64,000 nt of DNA from Minisyncoccota bacterium (GCA_035548315.1 DASZTF010000010.1:1721-65720), one strand, 5' to 3'; positions 1 to 9,173 are shown, counted from the first letter of the stretch. A program made the numbers and translations. The notes: generated by a model from the letters alone, not told the origin.

Positions 1-393
1 GTTGCGGAGCTGGCGGCGGACTTCCTTGGATGCCTTCTCGCGGATGAAGTAGAGCTTCGCGCGGCGAACCTTGGAGCGACGGACGATGGTAATCGACTCA
101 ATAGCCGGAGAGTAGAGCGGGAAGATCTTCTCGACGCCGATGCCGCTCATCACCGCGCGTACAGTGAAGGTCGCGCCCGGCTCGGTGCCATGCTTCACCG
201 AGAGGACAAGGCCCTCGAACGCCTGGGTGCGGAAGGTCTGGGTGACCTTCTCCTTCTTGTCGGCGCCCTTCGATTTCTTCGCTTCCATGATCTTCTGCTC
301 CACGCGCACCGTATCGCCCGGGCGGATGCCGAGCTGTGCGCGTTCCTTTACTTTCACTGGGGAAATCACCCGAGAAATATTTTTACCTGACAT
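1..393 (-). CDS. rplS: 50S ribosomal protein L19 (3' end runs off the window)
   Basis: Manual translation from ATG at 393: ...IRPGDTVRV...QAFEGLVL...TFTVR...GIGVEKIFPLYSP...VRRAKLYFIR, the L19 signature; absent from the ORF track because it is truncated. Confidence 0.97.
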   Translation of the reverse strand, partial: MSGKNISRVISPVKVKERAQLGIRPGDTVRVEQKIMEAKKSKGADKKEKVTQTFRTQAFEGLVLSVKHGTEPGATFTVRAVMSGIGVEKIFPLYSPAIESITIVRRSKVRRAKLYFIREKASKEVRRQLRN

Positions 394-432
394 GTCGCAC
401 TACTGTACCATTCGCACCCTCAAAAAGCAAAG

Positions 433-1167
433 TCAGCCTATCTGCGCGAGTGCCGCGGCAAAATCGGCCGGGAATGGCGCCTCGAACACCTTTTTCTCTC
501 CTGACGGGAGCGTAATAGCGAGGGTGTAGGCATGGAGCGCGGGACGCGCAAAGCCGAGCACGGCCGGCCGGCCGGCCGCATAGAGCGGGTCGCAGACCAC
601 CGGATGATTCATATATTTAAAGTGCACGCGTATCTGGTGGGTGCGGCCCGTCTTGGGCACTGCCTCAAGCAGACTCACCTTCTCTCCCGTCGCCGCATCA
701 GCACCACGAGAAAGCACCTTCCACACAGTAACCGCTGCGCGGTGCTTCTTCTCTTCCCCAGCGCGGCGGATGCCCCAGCGCGGCGGTGTGGAGCGGATGC
801 GCACGATCTCGGCCTTGATCAGGCCCTTATCGCGTGCGGGATGCCCATACACAAACGCACGGTACGTCTTCTCCGTCGTGCGGTCCTGGAATTGCTGCTT
901 TAAGAATTCATACGCTTCCTGCGTCTTTGCGAGAATCACTACGCCCGAGGTCCCGCGGTCGAGCCGATGCACGATGCCCGGCCGCGCGATGACCTCACCC
1001 TGCGGCGATGTCCACGGTTCTCCCGCGGTAGCGGACTCCGGGTAGTGCTCCACCATCCACTCGGCGACCGACGGCTCCTCAGTCCGCCCATCCGAATGCA
1101 TGATCAGCCCTGCGGGTTTATTGATGACGACCAGATCGGTATCCTCATAGAGAATCGGCAACTCCAT
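433..1167 (-). CDS. RluA/RluD family pseudouridine synthase
   Basis: Motifs NKPAGL, HRLDRGTSG, GRTHQIRVH, LHA. Confidence 0.95.
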   Translation of the reverse strand: MELPILYEDTDLVVINKPAGLIMHSDGRTEEPSVAEWMVEHYPESATAGEPWTSPQGEVIARPGIVHRLDRGTSGVVILAKTQEAYEFLKQQFQDRTTEKTYRAFVYGHPARDKGLIKAEIVRIRSTPPRWGIRRAGEEKKHRAAVTVWKVLSRGADAATGEKVSLLEAVPKTGRTHQIRVHFKYMNHPVVCDPLYAAGRPAVLGFARPALHAYTLAITLPSGEKKVFEAPFPADFAAALAQIG

Positions 1168-1258
1168 AGATTCACCATACTAGAGCGTTGACATAATTGC
1201 CATTTTTCGGCAGTATCCGGGCAGCCTAGTAATGGGCGGAAAACAACAGGAGTGCGTC

Positions 1259-1693
1259 ATGACGTTGAGATCAACAGCCGTCCTCGCCAGGTCAGACACC
1301 GGCACGAGCGGCGAGCGGTCAACACCAGCGACGAGTCCGCTGGCGGCCGTGAAAGCATCGCTCGCGGAATACATGCTCATCATGGGCCGCGTACAGGCGC
1401 TTACCAAAGCGATCAAGGAAGCGACCGACCGTACACCGACACAGTGCCTCATCCTGGTCGCACTGCTCGAGAAAGACGGCGTGAACCAGACCAACCTGGG
1501 CAAAAGAACGGGCATTCAACGCTCGTGTCTCGCCGAATGCGTCACTCGCATGGTCAGAAAGGAGCTGCTGCTGCGGAGCGACGTCGAAGGCGACAGCCGC
1601 CCGTGGAGTGTCACCCTCACCAACAGGGGTCGGGCCGTGGCGAGGAAACTCGTCATCGAGCTCGGCCACCTTCTGCCGCAAGAAGCAGAATGA
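1259..1693 (+). CDS. MarR-family winged-helix transcriptional regulator
   Basis: TQCLILVALLEKDGVNQTNLG...D.R...V.LT..GR pattern; SD-like AGGAG before ATG 1259 (ORF track starts at 1232). Confidence 0.75.
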   Translation: MTLRSTAVLARSDTGTSGERSTPATSPLAAVKASLAEYMLIMGRVQALTKAIKEATDRTPTQCLILVALLEKDGVNQTNLGKRTGIQRSCLAECVTRMVRKELLLRSDVEGDSRPWSVTLTNRGRAVARKLVIELGHLLPQEAE

Positions 1694-1748
1694 GGTCTCG
1701 GGTCGCCGAGGGAGTTCCCTTCGGCGACCCGGTCCGCACTATGCACCA

Positions 1749-1781
1749 AACCGCTCGGCTCTGCCGGCGGTTCGTTTTTTA
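1749..1781 (+). terminator. Probable intrinsic terminator after the MarR gene
   Basis: AACCGC(T)CGGC..GCCGGCGGTT hairpin followed by a T-run; a second strong GC hairpin lies at ~1699-1731. Confidence 0.55.
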
Positions 1782-1861
1782 ATAGCGTGTGGGAAAAGAG
1801 AAAAGCCTACTAACCATGACGGTGTTCGGCCTTCCAGGGTGACCCCGCACTAGCATGAGAA

Positions 1862-1901
1862 CCGTCAAGAGTTGGTGCACCCTCAGCGACACCGCTCGAA
1901 C
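1862..1901. other. Putative left attachment junction (host half + element half)
   Basis: TGGTGC-ACCCTCAGCGAC-ACCGC-TCGAAC versus tRNA side GGTGC-GCGGTGAGGGAC-TTGAAC. Confidence 0.7.
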
Positions 1902-2029
1902 TTTTCGATTTGGTGGCTGGGCATATAGACACAATACAGCTATGGAATGAGGCGGTCAAAGAGTTTTTAGCCCAAGAGTCCTTGGGAAATACGCTGTCGG
2001 TTCGCCTCTGAAATTGGTAAAATACGACC

Positions 2030-2311
2030 ATGGAAAAGAAGGACGCCCTCACGGATTTGGTGGAGTTTGTCCAAGGGACAGTCTCGACAGGGTCCGCCGG
2101 GTCCGGCCAAGTAGTGAATTCCCAAGGCGAAATCATCACCTTGGGCCATCCCGGCAAGGAAAGTGTATCTCCTCGGAGTAAGAGTGTTCCTCTCGAACTG
2201 GATGTTAGGGAATTTCAAGAGAAAGTCTCGACTCGAGTGCAAAAGAAACTCCTTTCGCTAATCGGAACCGCAAAAACCCGCGTTATAGGCGCGAGAATCA
2301 AAGAATCGTAA
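2030..2311 (+). CDS. Hypothetical protein (island)
   Basis: 93-aa ORF coupled to the next gene by a TAATG overlap. Confidence 0.55.
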   Translation: MEKKDALTDLVEFVQGTVSTGSAGSGQVVNSQGEIITLGHPGKESVSPRSKSVPLELDVREFQEKVSTRVQKKLLSLIGTAKTRVIGARIKES

Positions 2312-2724
2312 TGCACCTCGACCATCTACCGAAAATGCACAAGCCGGAGGAATTCAAGCGGTTTGGCGCGTTCATGGCACTACCGAAGGAGGAACGGATG
2401 CTCGTCTTTGGCTTTACAACCGAAAAGCAGTTCGCGGAGCATTTCAAGGTCAGACCGGCAACCCTATCGGAATGGAAGCAACGAGAGGACTTTTGGAGCG
2501 TCAGGGACGCCTATTTGGCCCCGTTTAGGGCACATACGGCCCAAGTGATAGAAGCCCTTGCGAAACGGGCAGAGCGCACTGGAGACGCTTATCAGGTACT
2601 CACCTTTCTCAAGGTCGTAGAGGGATTTTCAGACAAGGGAAATGCCTTTTCTCTGAAGCAGAGGAAGCCGCCCTTCCGGGTTGAAATCGTGCACAATTTA
2701 GACCAAGCGTGCGCCGCTACTTGA
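2311..2724 (+). CDS. HTH protein resembling phage terminase small subunit-type HTH proteins
   Basis: TEKQFAEHFKVRPATLSEWKQREDF HTH followed by helical VIEALAKRAE..GD; family call is from resemblance only. Confidence 0.5.
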   Translation: MHLDHLPKMHKPEEFKRFGAFMALPKEERMLVFGFTTEKQFAEHFKVRPATLSEWKQREDFWSVRDAYLAPFRAHTAQVIEALAKRAERTGDAYQVLTFLKVVEGFSDKGNAFSLKQRKPPFRVEIVHNLDQACAAT

Positions 2725-4531
2725 AGTCGGCGACATCTCCGTATACCTCGAGGAAAAGAGGTGAGCCGGTGAAAGAGAGTGGGGAAATCGGTCCGAAGAA
2801 CATGAACGGGAATTTCCGATTACTGCTCGGGTCGATGAACGACTTGTAGAGCTGAATCGCTGATGGATTATTCACGAACTCGCTGACCTTTCGGAGCTCG
2901 GAACCAGAGGTTAGGCCGTAGCCGAAGCCGAAAATTCTCATCTGCCGCAAAATCTCATCATCCAAGGACTCGATGGTCTGTGTGATGAACATATAGCCAA
3001 TTCCATATTTTCGAGTCGTGCGTACTGAGCCGATGATTTCTTGGGTGAGCTCCTTGATGCGGGGGTCCTGCGAAGTTGTGGAGATGAATCGATGGGCTTC
3101 GTCCATGACGATAAGGCAGTTTGCCTTCTTTCCATCCGCATAGAGTTGAGCCCCGAGCTCGACGATTTTTGCCTCAATCGTTTTGATAAAGACTGCTTGG
3201 AGGTTTTCGTTTTGAATCTCGCCGACTTGAGTGCCACTGATGTCGAGCACGATAAAATTCCCGTTCTCCAACACAACTTTTTTGACGAGTTCTTCAACAG
3301 TGAGTTTGTTTGTCTGGTCCTCTCGATTCTTGGTAAAAAGCTCGAGCGCGTTTCCCCATTTGCGCGTGATATTGGTTTCAGAGGCCAAGTGGTCCCGAAC
3401 ATGCTCCAACCTGTTCTGGAGACGCGTGCGCGTTTGTGGAGTTCCAAATATCGATATTACATAGGAGGTGAATCCGTCGGCCGTCTCCCGAGGTCCGGTC
3501 GGGGTAATAAACCGATTCAGCAATTCTTGAAGAAGTGCGGTCTTATTGGTAATTGAATTGAGGTTGAACCCGGGGACATTGGCACGCCCGCGAAGATACT
3601 CGACAACCGCGTCTCGCGCGGCCTCGACCTTGTCCGGGGTGTAGAGAGGACGGAAGGCCAGCTCGAGGAAGCCGTTATTTGCGAGCAAGTCGCCCAACAG
3701 CTCAAAGTTATCGCCCGGAAGACAGATGTCTTTCAGTACCTCGTACTTTTCGTACTTCATCCCGGCTTTTGTGATGTGGTCCTCCAATTTCTGGTCCGGT
3801 GGTAGCAAGTCCTTATCGGCGAAAAATTGCCGTTGCGGGTCAAGTACCAAGATGCTCATATTGTTCTTGTTCTTTGCATAGCCGAGAAGCATATAGGCCG
3901 CGGAAACGGTCTTGCCGGACCCGGTCCTGCCGAAGACGCCGATGTGGTACGCATCGCCAGCGCCCGTTTCGTTGTTCTCCTCGTCTGTCTTATCGAAATG
4001 TTTGAACCAAAACGGCAAGTCGACATCTGTGCCATAAACTTTACCCATGTAGGTAATGTCGCCGTCATGTTTCTTCATCAAGGCGGTCATGACCTCGTTA
4101 TTCATTTTTTGCACGCGCTCGCCGGTGGATGGTGAGGTTCCCAAGATGTGCCCCTCGGGATTCTCGGTGCCCAAGTTGTAGCAGGCTTGGACGCTTATCG
4201 TGGCAACGCGGTTGTCGGCCGTGCCGCTCAAGTGTGGAAGGCGACCATGGCGCTTGATGACGCCCTTGAATGAAGGGTCCTCATGCCATCGATTTTGTGT
4301 CTCTATACCGATGATTTGCCCGATGACGAGGATGTTCTGCCCGTCCTCGTTCACGACCACATAGACCATCTGACCCAAAGCCCGCTCGGCTTTGCTTTTC
4401 TCGGAAATGTCGATGACTATGTCGAGCGTCGTGCTCGGCGAGCCGGTGATGCCGATGAGCGTATCATCCTGATTCTTTATGACTTCGAGAAGGCTCTCGG
4501 AGATGGTCGGGTTTTGCGGGTCGTTTGCCAT
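2717..4531 (-). CDS. herA: HerA/FtsK-family ATPase (DUF87, probable N-terminal HAS barrel)
   Basis: Walker A GRTGSGKT, Walker B LIVMDEAH, RKYGIG and ITQ motifs; beta-rich N-terminus. Confidence 0.88.
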   Translation of the reverse strand: MANDPQNPTISESLLEVIKNQDDTLIGITGSPSTTLDIVIDISEKSKAERALGQMVYVVVNEDGQNILVIGQIIGIETQNRWHEDPSFKGVIKRHGRLPHLSGTADNRVATISVQACYNLGTENPEGHILGTSPSTGERVQKMNNEVMTALMKKHDGDITYMGKVYGTDVDLPFWFKHFDKTDEENNETGAGDAYHIGVFGRTGSGKTVSAAYMLLGYAKNKNNMSILVLDPQRQFFADKDLLPPDQKLEDHITKAGMKYEKYEVLKDICLPGDNFELLGDLLANNGFLELAFRPLYTPDKVEAARDAVVEYLRGRANVPGFNLNSITNKTALLQELLNRFITPTGPRETADGFTSYVISIFGTPQTRTRLQNRLEHVRDHLASETNITRKWGNALELFTKNREDQTNKLTVEELVKKVVLENGNFIVLDISGTQVGEIQNENLQAVFIKTIEAKIVELGAQLYADGKKANCLIVMDEAHRFISTTSQDPRIKELTQEIIGSVRTTRKYGIGYMFITQTIESLDDEILRQMRIFGFGYGLTSGSELRKVSEFVNNPSAIQLYKSFIDPSSNRKFPFMFFGPISPLSFTGSPLFLEVYGDVADFK

Positions 4532-4533
4532 GG

Positions 4534-5721
4534 TTAGGTTCGATAAGAGAATAATAGACCAAACTTCCCTTGGTCAATTTTTAGGTCGGGCGAGAGGCGG
4601 ATGGCGTCGATGATGGCGAACATGCCAGTCGAGATGCTTTTCGCCATAAGGTCCACGAGGTACTGCGGGTATGGCTCCCGTATCTCCGGGAAGATGATTT
4701 GCTTCTTCAAGCTCCCGAGATAGCGCTCGAGCTTCGCGGAGTCCGTCGCCACCGCCTTTTTCAACTCGACGCGATAAGCTGGCCCGTCCATATATGGCCG
4801 GTAATAAGTGTAGTAAAGCTCCGACTCCTTTCCTCCTTTCGTCGTTATGGGCGCGATGGCATTCTTGAGTGCCGTGTTGAGAGCGTCCTTTTCGGGGATA
4901 TCCAAACTGCAAGCGATGTGAAGTTCGTTCCATATTTTCTCCCGCTCCTGCTTACTCTGCCCGACCGAGTGCGGAACGAGATACTCGTCTTCCGCCAAGC
5001 CGAGCGAGAAAAAGGTCTTATCATCGAGCTTTATTTCGCAGTCAGAAAGGAAGGCGTCGATGATGTCGGTAGAGGAACTGTATTTCGCGAGGGCGATAAT
5101 ATGTTCGTTGTTCTGCGCCGCGGTGATGATGTCCGGGATATCAGGAATGATTTTCGAGTATGTCTCCCGCAAGAAGTCGCGGAGGGCGGCCGCGTATTCA
5201 GGACCCGCACCTTCTTCCTTAGCGGACAACATGCTGTTTATCTTGAGTATCGGAGTGAAATGCGTCCCGTCCATTATGCGAATTTCGTGGTCGTCGTTCG
5301 CCAAGACGCTGAGCTCCATTAGGAACATGACCCCCTGTATGAGCCGCGCGTTCGCTTCGCCATGAGGTAGAACAGTCTGCCATTGATAGTACTGATTCTT
5401 GTCGGCGCCCCACGCCGTATCCTTGTCTTCAGACAGACCTTCAACGCCCACGGCGACGGCAAGGAGGACATCGGCGCCCGCTAGCTTCTCCGGGATATTG
5501 CCGCCATCGACAGCAATCAATGAATGAGAAGGTTCTACATCGGAAAGCTTCTTGATTTTCCCGGCGGCACGCAATTTCTCCATGCCTTTCGCTATCGGTT
5601 CGTCCTGTATATCAAACAGGCCATTCATTTTGTCGACCGTGTTCGGCACGCTCTCAAGAATCTTGCCCAAGAGTTCATCGGGCAAATGGGCGTAATTCCG
5701 GCTTTCTCCCTGCGGTGGCAT
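4534..5721 (-). CDS. nurA: NurA-family nuclease
   Basis: LIAVDGG, IRIMDGT, ALAK and C-terminal PYPQYLVDLMAK NurA-type motifs; directly upstream of herA. Confidence 0.82.
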   Translation of the reverse strand: MPPQGESRNYAHLPDELLGKILESVPNTVDKMNGLFDIQDEPIAKGMEKLRAAGKIKKLSDVEPSHSLIAVDGGNIPEKLAGADVLLAVAVGVEGLSEDKDTAWGADKNQYYQWQTVLPHGEANARLIQGVMFLMELSVLANDDHEIRIMDGTHFTPILKINSMLSAKEEGAGPEYAAALRDFLRETYSKIIPDIPDIITAAQNNEHIIALAKYSSSTDIIDAFLSDCEIKLDDKTFFSLGLAEDEYLVPHSVGQSKQEREKIWNELHIACSLDIPEKDALNTALKNAIAPITTKGGKESELYYTYYRPYMDGPAYRVELKKAVATDSAKLERYLGSLKKQIIFPEIREPYPQYLVDLMAKSISTGMFAIIDAIRLSPDLKIDQGKFGLLFSYRT

Positions 5722-5724
5722 AGG

Positions 5725-6882
5725 CTAAATGTTTTTTGCTAGTTCCTCACATCGCTCGAGGTCAGAGATGGCATTCTCGACTAAACGGGTCGTGTCGATG
5801 GTCCGGTATGTCGAGTCTTTCTCTGCGCGCGGTTTCGCCCATTTCTCCTTCCAAAACTCTGCTAGCTCGTCGACAGAACGCCGATGCCATTTAGGTCGCG
5901 CATTCTTCTGAATGACATCCTTTACATTGCTCGCAAGCGGAAACAAGTAGACCGCCCGTTCGATGCCGTGGCTTGTTCCGTTAGGGAATCCGAGAAGGTC
6001 GAGAGCTTGAAGTATCAAACGCATCTTGCGCGAAGGCCCATTCCCGAAGCCGCGGCCTACCTCGTATCCTTTTTGCTCCAAGAAAGCGACCAAGTCCTCA
6101 TAAAGCGCATTTGGAATATGGAAAGACCCGGTCCCCCGCGTATAGCCGATGAATCGGGCGACCTCTTGCTCGTTGAACTTCAATCGGGAATACACGGGGC
6201 TCTTGCCGTATGCGCCGGTCGTAGTGAGGAACAGGAGACGGGCCGGGAGCTCCCGATTTTTGAGGAGTGTCTTCTTGCCGCGGTATTTGTCGGCAAACTT
6301 CTTTCTCACAACCTCCGAAGTCATGAGAGAAGCAACGAGCTTCCCGCCCAAAATGTAGTTGTAGGGCGGTAGGGCGCCGAGTCGTTGAGCGCTAAGCGAT
6401 TGATTGACCCAAAAATCCCTTTCCTCTGCGGGAATGCCCAAATGCTCATCGCGGACGCTCCAACTAAGGATGGGGCTTTGCAAGCCGATAAGACCGATGG
6501 GGCTCTTGTGGTACTCGTCCCAAACGACGAACCGCATTTGCCGGCCGTAAGATTGTTCATACGGCAGGCTCCACCAAGTCAGGTTCCACCAACGGAAAAT
6601 TGTCTCCCACTTCGTCCCGGTCTGAACCTCTATAAGGCGCGGCTTGATTTTCTCAACCTCCAATTTCCTGCCGTTTATGAAATGTTCCTTGATAAGCGGA
6701 GCGTTCCTTTCAACAAAATCCCGATGGCGAACGAGTCGTTCGGCCTTTGCGAAACGATGCGCGTCTTTCTTTGCCTCCCGGTCGTCTTGCTTGAGCGTGA
6801 ATGTGCCGAGCCGGGTGCTGTATCCCTGCTTACGCAAGATGCTCAATACATCACGCTTCAGTCTTGTCGCAGTCAGGGCCAT
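5725..6882 (-). CDS. DUF4338 / Druantia DruA-like protein
   Basis: GRQMRFVVWD, IGLIGLQSP..W.VRD, LGALPPYN.ILGGKLVA, TTGAYGKS.VY.RL, GYTRG.GSFH blocks typical of DruA/DUF4338. Confidence 0.8.
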   Translation of the reverse strand: MALTATRLKRDVLSILRKQGYSTRLGTFTLKQDDREAKKDAHRFAKAERLVRHRDFVERNAPLIKEHFINGRKLEVEKIKPRLIEVQTGTKWETIFRWWNLTWWSLPYEQSYGRQMRFVVWDEYHKSPIGLIGLQSPILSWSVRDEHLGIPAEERDFWVNQSLSAQRLGALPPYNYILGGKLVASLMTSEVVRKKFADKYRGKKTLLKNRELPARLLFLTTTGAYGKSPVYSRLKFNEQEVARFIGYTRGTGSFHIPNALYEDLVAFLEQKGYEVGRGFGNGPSRKMRLILQALDLLGFPNGTSHGIERAVYLFPLASNVKDVIQKNARPKWHRRSVDELAEFWKEKWAKPRAEKDSTYRTIDTTRLVENAISDLERCEELAKNI

Positions 6883-6919
6883 GTGTCCAAATTATAGCGC
6901 GGGAGGTGCCCCGTGCCTT

Positions 6920-7141
6920 TTACCTAAGAAAGTAGTCGACACTCTTTCCATACATCTTCGCAAACCGCTTGAGCTCGACGACATCGACCCTCTGCTGACC
7001 TGTTTCGACATTCGAGATGTGCGATTGGGGCCTGTCGAGCTTCTTTGCGGCCTGAGTCTGCGTCAAGCCCGCTTCAAGGCGCGCCGTCTTGAGTCGTCCC
7101 ACAAAGACGGCGTACTCCTTCGTGTGGATTGACTTCTTCAT
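6920..7141 (-). CDS. XRE-family HTH regulator (controller-protein-like)
   Basis: RLKTARLEAGLTQTQAAKKLDRPQSHISNVETGQQRVDVVEL. Confidence 0.9.
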   Translation of the reverse strand: MKKSIHTKEYAVFVGRLKTARLEAGLTQTQAAKKLDRPQSHISNVETGQQRVDVVELKRFAKMYGKSVDYFLR

Positions 7142-7166
7142 AGGATAAATGCTCTATCCAAGAAGT

Positions 7167-7189
7167 CAATATCCAAAATCTGGATATTG
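7167..7189. promoter_or_regulatory. Palindromic operator between divergent island genes
   Basis: Perfect 9-bp inverted repeat CAATATCCA-AAATC-TGGATATTG. Confidence 0.65.
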
Positions 7190-7204
7190 TGATACGCTAA
7201 CTAT

Positions 7205-7489
7205 ATGGCTACGAAACAAATCCAATGCCCGAACTGCAAGGGCTTCAATACCACGAGTATTTCGCCTCGCGCCGTCGCACGGATGATTTCGGTCGGACTT
7301 ATCATTCTCGGCTCGGTTTTTTCAGTTTTCATCATCGGCCTCCTTATCGGGATACCGATGTTTCTCCTCGGGCTTGTCCTCCTCCTCGTTTCTTTCTTCC
7401 TGCCCGAAAATGGCCGGATGCGGTGCCGCCAATGCCACTTCGTCTTTATGGCCAATTCTCAGGGTGAGGCGGGTCAGAAGGTCCCCTAG
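7205..7489 (+). CDS. Small membrane protein with CxxC-TM-TM-CxxC architecture (LITAF-like zinc ribbon)
   Basis: CPNC, long hydrophobic stretch, CRQC. Confidence 0.75.
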   Translation: MATKQIQCPNCKGFNTTSISPRAVARMISVGLIILGSVFSVFIIGLLIGIPMFLLGLVLLLVSFFLPENGRMRCRQCHFVFMANSQGEAGQKVP

Positions 7490-7538
7490 AGTCCGTAGCA
7501 AAGCGTAATAAAATGGGGATACCGGGCCCGGTATTTCA

Positions 7539-9173
7539 ATGGCAGACCTCACCACCACAAAGGAGCTTTTCGATACCCTAAAGCGCTTCTACGACCCCAC
7601 GGACGCAGACAAGGCAAACAAGCCATTGCGGTATGTCATCTATGCTCGAAAGAGCACGGATGACAGCGATAAGCAGACTCGCTCCCTTGGCGACCAGATG
7701 AGCGAGTGCTTGGAGTTTGCCGACCGGCACAACCTCTTGCTTGGTCGTCCCGCGCAGATTCAGGAAGCTATTAGTGCGAAGGTGAGCGACAAACGACCCG
7801 GGTTCCGAAGAATGATTGAGGATATCAAGAAGGGTCAGTACGACGGGATTATTGCATGGCACCCCGACCGGCTCGCTCGCAATATGAAGGATGCCGGAGA
7901 AATCATCGACCTCCTCGATAAGGGAACGATTAGGGACCTGCAGTTCGTTAGCTTCAATTTCGATAACACGCCCTCCGGGAAAATGAGTCTCGGGATTCAA
8001 TTCGTGATGTCCAAGCAATATAGCGACCAACTTTCCGTGAATGTATCGCGCGGCATCAGTCATTCGATTGAAGATGCGGAGTATATCAATCGCCCCAAGC
8101 ATGGGTACTTCAAGGATGACCGCCAATATCTCCGCCCGGACGGCCGGAATCATGGCCTCATAAAGAGCGCTTTTCAGCTCCGCCGACAAGGACGCACATT
8201 CAAGCAAATTGCTGATTGGTTGAACTCTCAACACTACGAACGCGCTTATGTAGACGGCTCGCATAAGTCCTTCAATTGGCGTCCGCAAATGGTCCAAAGG
8301 ATATTGCGGGACCCGGCATACGCGGGTGTCGTCGCGTATGGCGAGGGCCATCTTGTTGACCTGACAGAGGCTTACGACTTCGTTCCGGCCGTATCGGTGG
8401 CAGAGTTTTTCGAGTTGAATAATCTCCGTGGCGGAAACAAAGAACTCGCCAAGCTTGCACGCTCGTACCGCAAGGGAGACTCCATAAAAGCCGACCTCAT
8501 GCGCGGCATGGTGTATTGCTCTGAATGCGGCGAGCCCCGTTCTGCCGGCATTACCCGCAAGAAAGAAAAGGGTGGGACCACAAATTATTTTTATTATCGA
8601 TGCGAGACTCCCGGTTGCAAGCTCCGAAATCGGTCTACTCGAGCAAAGGTAGTGGTAGATTTCGTGAAAGCATTTCTTAGCAAGAAGCCTTTTTCTTCCA
8701 AGAAGGCATACGAACATTACGCGGCTGAGATGAAGCGTATAGAAGCGATGCGTGCGGAGGACAGGCGTGCATTACTAAGGACCCTTCAAGGAAAGGAAAA
8801 ATCACTTGCCTCTAAGCGAGAGCGCATCAAAGAATTCATTATCGACGAACAGAACCATGAATTCAGGGACGGCTTCAAGGGCGACCTTCTCAAGGCAGAG
8901 AAGGAGCATGAGGAAGTGCAAGCCGAAATCAAAAAGCTAAAGACGGCAATCGAGGCCGAAAAGAGCGCTATCCTCCTGATGCCGGAATTTCTCGAACAAA
9001 TGGATAAAATCGCCCAGATTATAGCTTCCCCGAAGAACATGCAGGAGCTCGACTTCTGCATCAAAAAGATGTTCTCGAACTTTTCGGTAGACCAAAAAAG
9101 CGTAGTATCTGCAACGCTCTCCGAGCCGTTCGCCCGACTCAAGGACCCGAAAGTTGCTTTAGGTGCGCGGTGA
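7539..9173 (+). CDS. Large serine recombinase (resolvase + recombinase + Zn ribbon + coiled coil)
   Basis: YARKST catalytic Ser motif, RPGF, DRLARN, CSECG...YYRC...C; stop codon lies inside tRNA-Val. Confidence 0.95.
   Translation: MADLTTTKELFDTLKRFYDPTDADKANKPLRYVIYARKSTDDSDKQTRSLGDQMSECLEFADRHNLLLGRPAQIQEAISAKVSDKRPGFRRMIEDIKKGQYDGIIAWHPDRLARNMKDAGEIIDLLDKGTIRDLQFVSFNFDNTPSGKMSLGIQFVMSKQYSDQLSVNVSRGISHSIEDAEYINRPKHGYFKDDRQYLRPDGRNHGLIKSAFQLRRQGRTFKQIADWLNSQHYERAYVDGSHKSFNWRPQMVQRILRDPAYAGVVAYGEGHLVDLTEAYDFVPAVSVAEFFELNNLRGGNKELAKLARSYRKGDSIKADLMRGMVYCSECGEPRSAGITRKKEKGGTTNYFYYRCETPGCKLRNRSTRAKVVVDFVKAFLSKKPFSSKKAYEHYAAEMKRIEAMRAEDRRALLRTLQGKEKSLASKRERIKEFIIDEQNHEFRDGFKGDLLKAEKEHEEVQAEIKKLKTAIEAEKSAILLMPEFLEQMDKIAQIIASPKNMQELDFCIKKMFSNFSVDQKSVVSATLSEPFARLKDPKVALGAR

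Larger units (their letters stand above)
1874..9166. mobile_element. Serine-recombinase genomic island integrated in the 3' end of tRNA-Val(TAC)
   Basis: Large serine recombinase abuts and overlaps the tRNA; shared GGTGC core at 1874-1878 and 9162-9166; joining the flanks restores TGG (CCA) on the tRNA; defence-like cargo. Confidence 0.8.

Noticed and set aside
2717-6882. Calling the locus a canonical Druantia system or an archaeal-type repair operon
   Set aside because: There is no DruE/B/C/D and no Mre11/Rad50 within the island.
7578-8717. Long antisense ORFs (also 9917..11341, 30703..31866, 50876..52105, 52912..53898, 33017..34066)
   Set aside because: These are shadows of well-supported genes, expected with high GC3; they have no motifs of their own.
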